Notes under the pieces: model-generated | Told to the model about the DNA's origin: nothing | Database searches by the model: none | Seen by the model: the letters and a program-made list of their open reading frames with translations, nothing else | Program-made: the position numbers and the translations under genes | Assembly (NCBI GenBank): GCA_964566535.1 | Contig: CAZMIO010000002.1 | Location: forward strand, 136,905-200,904 | Reading direction: 5' to 3' | Source of the DNA: an uncultured Methanosarcinales archaeon | Lineage (GTDB): Archaea; Nanobdellota; Nanobdellia; Woesearchaeales; CAZOXR01 | DNA length: 64,000 nucleotides | Shown here: positions 18,886 through 30,100 of the stretch, one piece after another | Numbering within the stretch: position 1 is the stretch's first letter | Layout of the letters: each line of letters opens with the position of its first letter

Positions 18886-21800
18886 ATGTTTGATGACCAA
18901 AAAGATGATGATGATGAAATTTCTTTAGACTTTAGTAAGATTTCCAACTTCTTCAAAGGGAAGAAGAAAGAGAATAAAGAAACAACTACTCATAAATCCA
19001 AGGAAGAAGAAATAAACAAACTTTCGAGTGAAAACAAAGAAGATTTAGAAAGTTCCAAGACTTCTCAAAAAGAAACAGAACCTCAAAAAGAAGAAAATAT
19101 TCAGGAAATAAAAAAAGAACCAGAAATAAAAGAAGAACCAAAAGAAAAAGATCTATCAGATGATGAAGAAGAGGATGAAGTTTCTCTAGATTTCAGTAAG
19201 ATAACTAATATGTTCAAAGGGAAGAAGGAAGATGATAAAGAAGACGAAATAAAAAAAGAAGCTAAATCTGAAGCCGCAGAACAAAACCCAACTGAAGAAT
19301 CAGAGGAGGAAGAGATTAGTTTTGATTTTAGCAAGATAAAAAGTTTTTTTAAGAAAAAAGAAAAATCTGAAGACCAATCTGACCAAGAAGAGGATAGCGA
19401 AGAAGGCATATCATTAGATTACAAAAAAACATTTGGCTCTTTAAAAAAACATAAAAACATTCTGATTCCTTTGATTATAATCTTATTTGTTATGTCGTTA
19501 AGTATTCATCTAAGGATCCATTCTGCATACCTACCAGTAACTGATAACTGGGCCAGAGATAATGTCCATAATTTTATGAGGTCTCAAATAAGAGGGCAAA
19601 TAGACCAACAGTATCCTAATCTACCTGATAATAACAAAAATGCACTAGTTGAAAGCGAATTTCAAAAAGTACTCAAAGAACAAAAGGGCCAACTAGACCA
19701 ACAAATTACGGCTACATCTCAACATCTAAAATCTCAACTACAAAACGATAATGGTCAGACCTACTTAATAGCAATAGACCCATACTTCTGGATGAGACAA
19801 GCAAAGAATATTATAGACCATGGTTTCCCGGGAGATGAACTTAAAGACGGAATCCAATGGGACAATCACATGTTTGCCCCATTAGGAAGACCAAATCCCC
19901 CAGATGTATTCCATCCTTATTTTGAAGCATACGTTTATAACATTTGGAGCTTCTTCAATAAAGAAGTAGGAATAATGAAAGTTGCTTTTTTCATTCCAGT
20001 CATAATCGCAACACTCTCAGTAATTCCAGCATTTTTCATCGCTAGAAGGGTTGGTGGAAATTTCGGCGGGTTTATTGCAGGAACGTTTGTTGCAATAAGT
20101 CCTGCTTTCTTAAACAGAACAGTAGGGGGTTTCTCAGATACAGATGCATATAATGTCCTATTACCTCTTCTGGTAGCCTGGCTCTTCATAGAAGCTATTC
20201 AAACAGACAAACTAAAAAACTCAATAATTCTCGCCTCACTTTCAGGGCTAATAGTTGGAATTTTTAGCCTAGCATGGGGGGGATGGTGGTATGTTTTTGA
20301 TTTTGTACTAATAGCATACTTAGTTTACCTTGTCCACTCATTAATCACTAGTAATAAAAAAACCACCAATAGTAATTTAAAACGTCAATCAAGAAAAAAC
20401 ATCTTAATTATAGGCATTGTCCTTTTACTCTCATCTGCCATCTTTGTCAGTACATTTACAAGTTTTGATAGTTTCAAAAATGGATTCCTTTCCCCAATTG
20501 ACTTTACAAAGATCAAAGACGTTGCTGTGGATAGAATCTGGCCAAATGTACTTACAACTGTAGCTGAACAAAACGAAGCAGGAATAGATTCCTTAATATC
20601 CAATATTGGCGGTAAATTTTTATTCATCATAGCATTAATGGGGATCATTTTAGCCTTAACAAAAAAGGACTCTAAAAACATTAATGATCTTTGGTTCATA
20701 CTATTCTCTGCAATATGGTATACAGTAATAATTTTATCATTTACAAATCCAGAACTTATCACTTTTTTAATCCTATTATTGATCCCTATTGCTCTAAAGA
20801 TTATATTATCAACCATGAAAAAAGAAGTAAACGTAAATTTAATGGTAGCTTCCCTAATTACTGTATGGATCCTATCTACATTATATGCTGGAACAAAGGG
20901 TATCAGATGGGTCCTCCTTTTAGTTCCGGCATTTAGCATAGCAATGGGAATTGCATTAGGAGTATTATACAAATATCTCCATAATACAATCTCTAATGAA
21001 TTCAAAGTACACAAAATTTTATCCAAATTGGCTGTGATCATATTACTCTCCTTGCTCTTATTAGGCCCATGGAATGCAGCAAAATCAATTGCACAAAATT
21101 CAATACCTAGTATGAATGATGCATGGTATAACTCACTAGACAAAATAAATAGAGAGGGTGCTCCAGATGCAATTATAAACTCATGGTGGGATTTTGGTCA
21201 TTGGTTCAAAGCAATAGGTGATAGGGCAGTTACATTCGACGGCACCACCCAGGATACCCCTCAAGCACACTGGATCGGGAGAGTCCTCTTAACAGACGAT
21301 GAAGACACAGCCATTGGGATATTAAGAATGTTGGATTGTGGTGCCCACAAAGCATTTGATGAAGTAAACAATGATATCAAAGATACTGCAAAATCCACAG
21401 AAATATTATATCAAATTTTTGTTTTGGATAAAGAAGAAGCAAAAAACGTCCTCTTAAGCCATGATCTAGATGAAGAAGCAACCACAAACATTCTAGACTT
21501 TACTCACTGCGACCCTCCAGAGAACTACTTCATAACTTCAGAAGATATGGTCCAAAAATCAGGAGTATGGTCTCACTTTGGATCATGGGATTTTAACAAA
21601 GCTCAAATTTATAATACAATAAGCAAAAAAGAATACAAAGAAAATGAACAATCATCAATAGATTATTTATCAGATAGATTCAATTATTCTGAAAATGAAG
21701 CAAAAGACATTATCAATCAGGTAAACTCATTAACAAACAGCAAAGCAGTTAATGATTGGATTGCTCCTTGGCCAGGTTATGCTTCTGGAATTAACGGATG

Positions 21801-22428
21801 TCAAAAATTATCGGATGAAACATTTGCATGTAACATTGGTGGAGGTCAAGGACTTCTAAACACCACTACTATGGACTTCAGTATTGGTACACCGGAGGGA
21901 GTCAAGCATCCAGACTTCCTAATATACCCCACAGAAGAAGGTCTAGTTAAAAAAGAATATAACGATACAATTGGATTAGGCATGGTTGTAATGCCATCCG
22001 GAGACGGATTTGTAAACTTATTCATGTCCCCTCAATTAACAGGCAGCATGTTCACAAGACTATTCTTTATGGAAGGTCATGGTCTAAAACATTTTGAGAA
22101 ATTTAGTGATGAGCGAAGTGTTTTCGGAAGTAGAATTATCGTATGGAAGGTTGACTGGGAAGGCAAACAAGAAAATGTCCTTCCTCACTTCAACGAACCT
22201 GAAGAAGAACTGATTACTAAAGAAGTAATAGAAGATAAGAATGAAGATAACAAAACAACAGACGAAACGTTAGAAGAAAATAAATCAAACAAACAAACAA
22301 CAAATATACAGAATAATTCAGATAAAGAAGTAACAAACGAATCAGGAAACACCTCAGACAATCAAACAATTGATTCCAAAGATATAAAAACAGACAATAG
22401 TTCTACTTCTCCAAATGGAACAGGATAA
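18886..22428 (+). CDS. aglB: oligosaccharyltransferase AglB (STT3 family) with unusual N-terminal repeat extension
   Basis: 1180 aa. Multi-TM core with diagnostic WWDYG-type motif (INSWWDFGHWF) and a long C-terminal soluble domain. Residues 1 to about 190 are a charged extension carrying four degenerate repeats (acidic run-ISLDFSKI..FFKGKK). ATG start preceded by AGG. Confidence 0.85.
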   Translation: MFDDQKDDDDEISLDFSKISNFFKGKKKENKETTTHKSKEEEINKLSSENKEDLESSKTSQKETEPQKEENIQEIKKEPEIKEEPKEKDLSDDEEEDEVSLDFSKITNMFKGKKEDDKEDEIKKEAKSEAAEQNPTEESEEEEISFDFSKIKSFFKKKEKSEDQSDQEEDSEEGISLDYKKTFGSLKKHKNILIPLIIILFVMSLSIHLRIHSAYLPVTDNWARDNVHNFMRSQIRGQIDQQYPNLPDNNKNALVESEFQKVLKEQKGQLDQQITATSQHLKSQLQNDNGQTYLIAIDPYFWMRQAKNIIDHGFPGDELKDGIQWDNHMFAPLGRPNPPDVFHPYFEAYVYNIWSFFNKEVGIMKVAFFIPVIIATLSVIPAFFIARRVGGNFGGFIAGTFVAISPAFLNRTVGGFSDTDAYNVLLPLLVAWLFIEAIQTDKLKNSIILASLSGLIVGIFSLAWGGWWYVFDFVLIAYLVYLVHSLITSNKKTTNSNLKRQSRKNILIIGIVLLLSSAIFVSTFTSFDSFKNGFLSPIDFTKIKDVAVDRIWPNVLTTVAEQNEAGIDSLISNIGGKFLFIIALMGIILALTKKDSKNINDLWFILFSAIWYTVIILSFTNPELITFLILLLIPIALKIILSTMKKEVNVNLMVASLITVWILSTLYAGTKGIRWVLLLVPAFSIAMGIALGVLYKYLHNTISNEFKVHKILSKLAVIILLSLLLLGPWNAAKSIAQNSIPSMNDAWYNSLDKINREGAPDAIINSWWDFGHWFKAIGDRAVTFDGTTQDTPQAHWIGRVLLTDDEDTAIGILRMLDCGAHKAFDEVNNDIKDTAKSTEILYQIFVLDKEEAKNVLLSHDLDEEATTNILDFTHCDPPENYFITSEDMVQKSGVWSHFGSWDFNKAQIYNTISKKEYKENEQSSIDYLSDRFNYSENEAKDIINQVNSLTNSKAVNDWIAPWPGYASGINGCQKLSDETFACNIGGGQGLLNTTTMDFSIGTPEGVKHPDFLIYPTEEGLVKKEYNDTIGLGMVVMPSGDGFVNLFMSPQLTGSMFTRLFFMEGHGLKHFEKFSDERSVFGSRIIVWKVDWEGKQENVLPHFNEPEEELITKEVIEDKNEDNKTTDETLEENKSNKQTTNIQNNSDKEVTNESGNTSDNQTIDSKDIKTDNSSTSPNGTG

Positions 22429-23077
22429 TGTTTGGGCAGTAATCCCCGCTTATAACGAAGAAGAAAACATTATTAACGTAATAAAAGAGACTAAAAAATA
22501 TCTCAGTAACATCGTAGTCGTGGACGATGGATCAAAAGACCGCACATACGAAGTAGCTAAACAAGAAGGGATCATTGTACTAAAACACATTATCAATCTA
22601 GGAAAGGGTGCAGCTCTAAAGACAGGTTGTGATTTTACCCTAAAAAAAGAAGCAAATAAAATAATTGTTTTAGATTCAGATAACCAACACGAGCCTTCAG
22701 AAATACCTAACTTCTTAAACGAATTAAAAAATAAAGAAGTAATATTGGGCTACAGAAAAAGAAACAATGAAATGCCCTTCATCCTAAAACTGGGCAACTT
22801 CATAATAAACAGAATAACAAAATTATTATATAACGTAGAATTACATGACACTCAATGTGGTTATAGAGCATTCACATCTGATGCATATAAAAAAATCAGA
22901 TGGAAAGCCTCAGACTACAGTATGGAGTCTGAAATGATAGCAAACATTGGAAAAAATAAATTAAGTTATACCCAAATTCCGATAAAAACAATCTATGTAG
23001 ATAGATATAAGGGAACAACAATCATAGATGGAATAAAAATTGTATTAAACATGATTTGGTGGAAAATAACAAAATAA
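22415..23077 (+). CDS. family 2 glycosyltransferase (dolichyl-phosphate sugar synthase-like, AglJ/AglD-type)
   Basis: 220 aa. AVIPAYNEEENI...VVVDDGSKD...LDSDNQH motifs of GT2 Dpm1-like enzymes. Overlaps the aglB stop by 14 nt (translational coupling). Confidence 0.8.
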   Translation: MEQDNVWAVIPAYNEEENIINVIKETKKYLSNIVVVDDGSKDRTYEVAKQEGIIVLKHIINLGKGAALKTGCDFTLKKEANKIIVLDSDNQHEPSEIPNFLNELKNKEVILGYRKRNNEMPFILKLGNFIINRITKLLYNVELHDTQCGYRAFTSDAYKKIRWKASDYSMESEMIANIGKNKLSYTQIPIKTIYVDRYKGTTIIDGIKIVLNMIWWKITK

Positions 23078-23078
23078 A

Positions 23079-23438
23079 ATGGCACAAGGAATTTTAGGGA
23101 TTCAGATTTTAGGAACATTATTTGGTATTTTTATGATCTATTACACCTTCCTCCACCATAAGAGGAAAGAATTAACAGCTAAGGAGTATCTATTCTGGGT
23201 TATTCTTTGGTCATTGTTCCTAATTTTAACATTATTCCCAAACCTGGTATCTCCATTCATAAAATCAATTGGCTTTGCAAGAACTCTAGACTTCTTCATT
23301 GTAGCAGGTTTCATGTTTTTAATTGGAAGTCTATTCTACATTTACTTATTAGTCAGAGGAAACCAAAAGAAAGTAGAGAACATTGTAAGAAAGATAGCAA
23401 TTGAAAAAAACGAAGAAAACAAAAATAATTTAAATTAA
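23079..23438 (+). CDS. small membrane protein (DUF2304-like) associated with glycosyltransferases
   Basis: 119 aa, four hydrophobic helices. Positioned immediately after GT2 as DUF2304 proteins usually are. Assignment from memory only. Confidence 0.5.
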   Translation: MAQGILGIQILGTLFGIFMIYYTFLHHKRKELTAKEYLFWVILWSLFLILTLFPNLVSPFIKSIGFARTLDFFIVAGFMFLIGSLFYIYLLVRGNQKKVENIVRKIAIEKNEENKNNLN

Positions 23439-23456
23439 CCTACTTAACTTTTCCTA

Positions 23457-24599
23457 ATGAAAATTTTATTTGTCTTAGAAAATTTCTACCCCCACATTGG
23501 CGGAGTAGAAACTGTATTTGAAAATCTTGCTAAAGGATTGACCAAAGAGGGCCACAAAGTAACAGTTCTCACATCCTGGATAAATGGAACGCAAGGGATA
23601 GAAAAAAAAGATAACTATACAATCATAAGACATAGATGTCCTCAATTTCTAAGAAGATACTGGTTCTCATTCCTCGCAATCCCCAGAACAATTAGTCTAT
23701 CAAAAGATTACGACTTAATCCACACCACTACCTACAACGGAGCTCTCCCTGCAAAAATAGCTTCACTCTTCAACAAAAAACCCTCAATCATTACTGTCCA
23801 TGAAGTCCTTGGAAAAAACTGGAAAACCCTTTCAGGACTAAGCAGTTTATCTGCCAAACTCCATCAACTATTCGAAAAATTAATCATTGCCCTAAACTTC
23901 AATGTCTATGCATGCGTCTCAGATTCCACAAAAAAATCATTACTAAAATCTAACATCAAAGAACAAAAAGTAAAAGTTGTCTATAATGGAATTGATTATG
24001 ATTTCTTCAATCCAAAAAAATACAAAAATGAAAAAAATAAAATCAGAAAAAAACTAAATATAAAAGATAGTTTCATCTACACTTCTTATGGTCGTCCAGG
24101 AATAACAAAAGGTATTGAATATTTAGTAAAAGCCGTTCCCCAAATATCAAAAATCCTACCAAATTCAAAACTCTTACTTATCCTAAGCAAAAGCCCAGAA
24201 GATAGATACAATCACATAATCAACCTAATAAAAAAACTAAAGATAGAGAAGAACATAATCTTATTAGAACCTCAAAAAAGAGAAAACCTCCCAAAATACA
24301 TAATCTCTTCTGATTGTGTAGTAGTTCCTTCCATTACCGAGGGTTTTGGTTATACTGCAGCAGAAGCATGTGCTCTTGACATCCCAGTAATAACTTCAGA
24401 CACAACATCACTACCAGAAGTAGTTTCAGGCCAATACATTTTAATACCACCTAAGAATCCAGAAGCAATAGCTGGGGCAGTTATAGACATGCAAAAAGGA
24501 AAATTCAGTAAAAAACCTAAGAAATACTTCACCATCAAAGAAAATATTCAAAATTACTTAAAAATTTACAAAAAGTTGGTTGATGATGACAGATCATAA
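23457..24599 (+). CDS. family 4 (group 1) glycosyltransferase
   Basis: 380 aa. GT-B fold and C-terminal EX7E-type motif (EGFGYTAAEACALDIPVITSD). Confidence 0.8.
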   Translation: MKILFVLENFYPHIGGVETVFENLAKGLTKEGHKVTVLTSWINGTQGIEKKDNYTIIRHRCPQFLRRYWFSFLAIPRTISLSKDYDLIHTTTYNGALPAKIASLFNKKPSIITVHEVLGKNWKTLSGLSSLSAKLHQLFEKLIIALNFNVYACVSDSTKKSLLKSNIKEQKVKVVYNGIDYDFFNPKKYKNEKNKIRKKLNIKDSFIYTSYGRPGITKGIEYLVKAVPQISKILPNSKLLLILSKSPEDRYNHIINLIKKLKIEKNIILLEPQKRENLPKYIISSDCVVVPSITEGFGYTAAEACALDIPVITSDTTSLPEVVSGQYILIPPKNPEAIAGAVIDMQKGKFSKKPKKYFTIKENIQNYLKIYKKLVDDDRS

Positions 24600-24951
24600 A
24601 ATAGTACAAAAAGTATGGGGTCATGAAGAGTGGATAGTCAACAGAGATTACTGCGGAAAAAAATTAGTTCTAAAAAAAGGTCATAGATGCTCAATCCATT
24701 TTCATAAAAACAAAGACGAAACCTTCTACATCCTTAAAGGCAGAGTTTTGATGGAAGTAAACGAAGAAAAGAAAGTAATGCTCCCTGGTCATTCAGTCTT
24801 AATAAATCCTAACACAAAACACCGCTTTACTGGCTTAGAAGACTCAGAAATTGTTGAATTCTCAACACATCACGAAGATGAGGACAGCTATAGGATTGAA
24901 CCAAGCGGAAAGGTTGATTTGAATTCTTTGAATATCTCTACTGACAAGTAA
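24583..24951 (+). CDS. cupin domain protein (sugar isomerase/epimerase-like)
   Basis: Track ORF begins at TTG 24580; first ATG at 24583. Cupin motifs SIHFHKNKDETFYILKG ... PNTKHRF. Overlaps the GT4 stop, so it is the last gene of the glycosylation operon. Confidence 0.7.
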   Translation: MMTDHKIVQKVWGHEEWIVNRDYCGKKLVLKKGHRCSIHFHKNKDETFYILKGRVLMEVNEEKKVMLPGHSVLINPNTKHRFTGLEDSEIVEFSTHHEDEDSYRIEPSGKVDLNSLNISTDK

Positions 24952-25038
24952 AAAATAAGAAAAGCTTTAAATAAGATAAACTCATTCCTTTTTTAAAGAT
25001 TATATTATAATTTCAGTAAATTTCATGGGGGGAAACAA

Positions 25039-27150
25039 ATGGTACAATACAAGGATAATGATGGAAATTCTAATCTACTTCAACCAATTAGAACGCTGGG
25101 CCTAGCTACAGCAGCTACAACTGCAGGCCTTATTTATCAACTTCTATCACCTCATGCTTTAGCTCAAGAAATACCTACACCTACTCCCTTACCAAACCCC
25201 GAAACAGGAGTAGACCTCTCAACAACTTTAGAAGGCCTTACTTCAAGTTATGAAAGGGTAAGAGAAAGAGCAAGAAACCTTAGAACAGAACTGGCTGAAG
25301 AAGCAGCATCAAAATTAGAAGTTGGTCCTTATGCAGGATTCTGGAACAATGCACATGTTGATGAAGATGGCAACGTTGCTGTTACAGTTGTACCTATTGA
25401 TGAGAAAGCAAGAGCAGATCCTGGTCCACAACACGTTGCGAACGGACCATCGACTTACATCGATATTGGAACTGGAACCACTAATACAAATTATGTAACA
25501 TCAGCATGGGACGATGCTCGTGGATCCCTTACATTAACCAAAACTCAAGATGATCAAAGAGTTAACGATATCGCCAAAGTTGCTGAAGCTTATGAAATAT
25601 TAACAGGTATAAAATGGGATGACCTTCAACCAGGCGATGAAGTAGTAATTTATCATTCAAGAAAAAATTACCAAGAAATGCAAGCTTCAACTGAGCTTTC
25701 ACCTGATCAAAAAGCTGCATCAACAGTAGTAAGAGATAACGCATTACAAGTTTTTCCTGCAATAAGAGAAGTATACCTTAGATCTCTAGTTGACCCAGAG
25801 GGCTCTCAAGCCCAATCAGTCGTTGATGCAGGAGAAAGAGAAAGAAGAACAAAACTTGCTTTATACGAAGCATCACCTGAACTAGCCGAATTAGTAGATG
25901 TGGTTGATGCTTATGGGGGAATCCTCAGTGATTCAAGCCAAGCAGTTAGAATTGGTGTTGACAATATTACAAGCCAAATAGCAAGTTTAGGTAGACAAGT
26001 TGCTGAAAAAGATAGACAATTAGGCGAAGCAAGTGATGCTAGTGATGAAGCCAGAAGAACAAAAGAAAGTTTAGACGAGATATTAGCAGTTGCAACTCAA
26101 AGAGCAGAAGATGCTGGAAAATTATCAGCTGACCTAGATGCTGCAAATAGAAATTTAGATTTTACTCGAAAACAACTTAGAACTACACTCTATGATTTAG
26201 GTGAAGCTGGACAAAGAGTTGAAGATTTAGAGATAGCAATTGCAGCTAAGAACCAAGCTTATGAAACAGAAAGAGCAGGTAGAGCAGACGACAAAACAGC
26301 CTACGATGCTGAAAAAGAAAGAATAGCTGAAGAACACGAAGCAGAACTCTTAGGATTAAACGGTACTCATGTTGATGAAGTTGCTGAATATCAAAAAGTT
26401 GCTAGAAGACTAATACTAAGCTTAGATGCTGCCTACACTGCACTAGGAGAAATTAAAGACGAAGGAGTAAAAGCCGATGCAGCATACAACTCACTTTTTG
26501 GGGATTATGTTTCACTCCAAATAAGAGCATTACAATTAGAAGATGAACGAGATGAAGCAGTAGCTAAAGCAGATGAAGAAGAAACAAGGCAAGCTTTAGA
26601 AATTGGAGTTAGACCAAGTTTAAATGCATTTGTAACAAACCAAGGATCAACTGGAATTGGTGGTGGTTTATCAGTTGCTAAAGGAGACCACTCTTCAATA
26701 GGCGGAAGAGTTTATAGGTTATTGCCTAATGACAGATCACATCCATTAATCCCAAATAACGCTCCAGGAGCAGATGGGGACGTCTCTAGAACAGACACTC
26801 TAACTCTAGATGGGACTGGTTACACTGGAACTTACCATAGATACTTTGGAGATGACCACGCTTGGGCATTCGGAGTAGAAGCAGGAGTTCTTGTTGGTGA
26901 TAGAACTACTGATACAGACTTCTCAGAACTGATCAGAGAAGGTAATTACACTGTTGATAACCTAAACGCAGGCACAGTAGAAAAAGACCCAGTATTAAGC
27001 AGAATTCTTGGAGCAGAGCTGCAAGGAAGAATAGGCGGAAAAACAAGCAACTGGGCAGCTAGTGTAGGAGTAAAAAGAGTTGGTGGAAGATGGGCTGGTA
27101 GCTTTGGAGTCAGTTACAGACCACAAAAAACAGTTCCAAAAAGTAGATAG
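25039..27150 (+). CDS. secreted coiled-coil protein with Gly/aromatic-rich beta-type C-terminal domain
   Basis: 703 aa, GGGGGG Shine-Dalgarno-like motif 8 nt upstream. N-terminal hydrophobic signal (LGLATAATTAGLIYQLLSPHALAQE). About 300 aa of heptad-like A/E/R/D/L-rich sequence. C-terminal about 150 aa with alternating hydrophobic/Gly pattern (HAWAFGVEAGVLVG...WAASVGVKRVGGRWAGSFGVSY). Amino-acid composition and CG-containing codons are atypical for this genome. Confidence 0.7.
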   Translation: MVQYKDNDGNSNLLQPIRTLGLATAATTAGLIYQLLSPHALAQEIPTPTPLPNPETGVDLSTTLEGLTSSYERVRERARNLRTELAEEAASKLEVGPYAGFWNNAHVDEDGNVAVTVVPIDEKARADPGPQHVANGPSTYIDIGTGTTNTNYVTSAWDDARGSLTLTKTQDDQRVNDIAKVAEAYEILTGIKWDDLQPGDEVVIYHSRKNYQEMQASTELSPDQKAASTVVRDNALQVFPAIREVYLRSLVDPEGSQAQSVVDAGERERRTKLALYEASPELAELVDVVDAYGGILSDSSQAVRIGVDNITSQIASLGRQVAEKDRQLGEASDASDEARRTKESLDEILAVATQRAEDAGKLSADLDAANRNLDFTRKQLRTTLYDLGEAGQRVEDLEIAIAAKNQAYETERAGRADDKTAYDAEKERIAEEHEAELLGLNGTHVDEVAEYQKVARRLILSLDAAYTALGEIKDEGVKADAAYNSLFGDYVSLQIRALQLEDERDEAVAKADEEETRQALEIGVRPSLNAFVTNQGSTGIGGGLSVAKGDHSSIGGRVYRLLPNDRSHPLIPNNAPGADGDVSRTDTLTLDGTGYTGTYHRYFGDDHAWAFGVEAGVLVGDRTTDTDFSELIREGNYTVDNLNAGTVEKDPVLSRILGAELQGRIGGKTSNWAASVGVKRVGGRWAGSFGVSYRPQKTVPKSR

Positions 27151-27159
27151 TAATCCAAA

Positions 27160-30100
27160 ATGAAAGTTAACAAACTATTAACAATATTACTCATAACAAT
27201 ACTAATTCTACCTACAATCTCAGCAGTTGTAACTATTGTAACAAGAACTGACGGCTTAACAACCCCAATAGATTACGGAGACCTGATCCAGTTCAAGATT
27301 AGCGGATCTACCGCTTTCAAACCAATGTACATCACAGGAACTGTACTTGATGAAAATGGAGACATCATAAAAGAATATTCTGAAACAACCCATAATTTTA
27401 ATTCAGCATTTAGATTAATAACAGTAATTCCCTCACAATACGGTCCAAGTGGAACTAAAACATTTGTCGGTACAATAAGAGATGAAAGAGGATTCAGCAA
27501 AACAGATACTTTAGAATTTGTAGTTAACGAAGCAGCTCCTGTCCTTGACCTAAATATTCCAGATCAAACACTAGAGGAAGACACTACAATCACATTCAAC
27601 CTTCTTGACTATTTCTCAGATCCAGACAGAGATGACTTAACATTCTCAATAGGTTCAATAAATGATATGACAGTGAGTATTGTTAATGATAAAAACTCAC
27701 CAGTCTATGGACAAGTCACAATCCAACCAGATTCTAACTGGAATGGTCAAAAAACAAATACATTCATGGCTTCAGACGGAACATTATCCACTCAAAGCAA
27801 CCTAGTAACAATAACCGTTACCCCAGTTAATGACCAACCCCAAGGATTTACAGTTGTAGAAGATACTGATGAAGACACTCCAATTACAATCACCTTGGAT
27901 ACTTTAGAAGTCGATGAAGAAGATACATTAACATGTTCAATCATTAGCATTTGGGGTGCAACTGAAACAGAAAATTGTGTTTGTGATGATGAAAATATTT
28001 GTACAGTTGAATTAACACCAAATCAAGACTCAACTGATAATGTTATAGCATTTTACCAACTTAATGATGGTCATGTTGACTCAAACTTCGATCGTATTTA
28101 CGTTACAATAAACGCGATCAATGATGCTCCTGTTGCTAATGACATTTCAGAAACTACTGATGAAGATACTTCAAAAGAATTCCACTTAGATTGTTCAGAT
28201 GTTGACCAGAATTCCCTTACTTACCATATTGTAACAGATCCAACCTCAGGCAGCATAATCAAAAGTGGAAAAAAGGTAACTTATACACCTAACCAAGACT
28301 ATAATGGAGACGACTCATTTACATATAAATGTAATGATGGTACAGTTGATAGTAATGAACCAACAGTAACCATTAACATCATCCCAGCAAACGATCCTCC
28401 AACAACAACTGATGACGAACTAATAGTTGATGAAGACTCAACAAGCAACATTATTAGAGTCTTACTAAATGACGATGATATCGATATTGTTGATGGAGAC
28501 GAAATCCACATAGAAGACTTTACTCAACCAGAGGATGGGACAGTCACAAGATATATGGACAACCTCTACTACACTCCAGATGGGGATTTTAATGATGAAG
28601 ACAGCTTTACTTATACTATCGATGACTTAGCTGGAGAGACAGCAACCGCAACAGTCACAGTTACTGTAAATGCAAAAAATGACCCGCCAGTTCCAGATGC
28701 ATTAGATGAAGAAGTTGATGAAGATGATTCTGTCGATATTACTTTAAGCTGTACAGATATTATTGATGGAGATACTGAATTTTCTTATTCAATTAAAAAT
28801 AATCCAGATAAAGGAACATTAAGCACAATTAGTGGCAGCTCAGTTACTTACACTCCAGATCCAAACTGGAATGGACTAGATACATTTACTTACGAATGTA
28901 ATGATGGCACAGTTGATAGCAGTAATGCAGCAACAGTTTCAATAACAATTAATGCTATTAATGATGCCCCAGTAGCTGCAGATGTTGATGGCACAACAAC
29001 AGATGAAGATGTGCCAGTTGACATAACTTTAAGTTGTACAGATCTTATTGATGGAGCTACTGAGTTTACTTACTCTATTGCAAACCAACCAGCAAAAGGA
29101 ACATTAAGCCTAGAAAATAATCTAGTTACATACATTCCAAATTATAATGAAAATGGAGCCGATCTTTTCACCTACAGATGTAATGATGGAATTGACAGCG
29201 AAAACGCAGCATCAGTACCAATAACAATTAACCCAATTAATGATGGCCCTACTGCTAACGATGACACAGCCACAACTGATGAAGACATACCAGTCAAAAT
29301 TGAAGTTTTAGCTAATGATGAAGATCCAGATATTATTAATGGAGATGTCCTGACAATTACCTCTGTAACAATCCCACGGTCTATTGAAGACTATTACTCA
29401 CACGGAAGCACAGTTTTAAGTGAAGACAGTAAATCCATAACCTTCACCCCTGGAGAAGACATCGATGATGATATGTATTTTGATTATGCCATCACAGACG
29501 GTAGTGGAGAAACAAGCACTGCTAGAGTTATTGTAACTGTCAATGCAATTAATGATGCTCCACATGCTAGAGATTTCGAAGAAGACGTAATTGAAGATAC
29601 TCCTAGAACATTTGCTATTACATGTGGAGACACTGATAGTTCTTTCACAAAAACAATCTTAGATGAAACAACACACGGAACTGCTATAAAGAACCAAGAT
29701 AATGGATTTTATACCTACACCCCTAATGAAAATTACTTTGGAACTGACTTCCTAACCTTCCAATGTTCAGATGACGAATTCAATAGTGAAGTAAAAACAG
29801 GAACATTCACTATTCAATCTGTAAATGACGCTCCAATTCTAACTGAAATAGGAAATCAACACGCAGAAGAAGGAGACTTAATTGAGTTTACATTAGATTA
29901 TGATGATGTTGACACTGAAGATACCCTAACTTGCTCAGCTGAGAACCTCCCAACAGGATCTAGCTTCGATGAATCGGCATGTACATTCACATGGCAAACA
30001 GGATTCGGGGATGAAGGAACTTATGAAGATGTAACATTTACAATTACTGACAATGGAGATCCAATAAGCTCAGACAATGAGGCTATTACAATAACTGTAG

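Noticed and set aside
19101-21143. Several minus-strand ORFs (19101-19409, 19935-20189, 20385-21143) inside aglB
   Set aside because: Antisense to a gene with strong family support. Ser/Leu/Phe-rich products typical of antisense frames of K/E-rich coding sequence.
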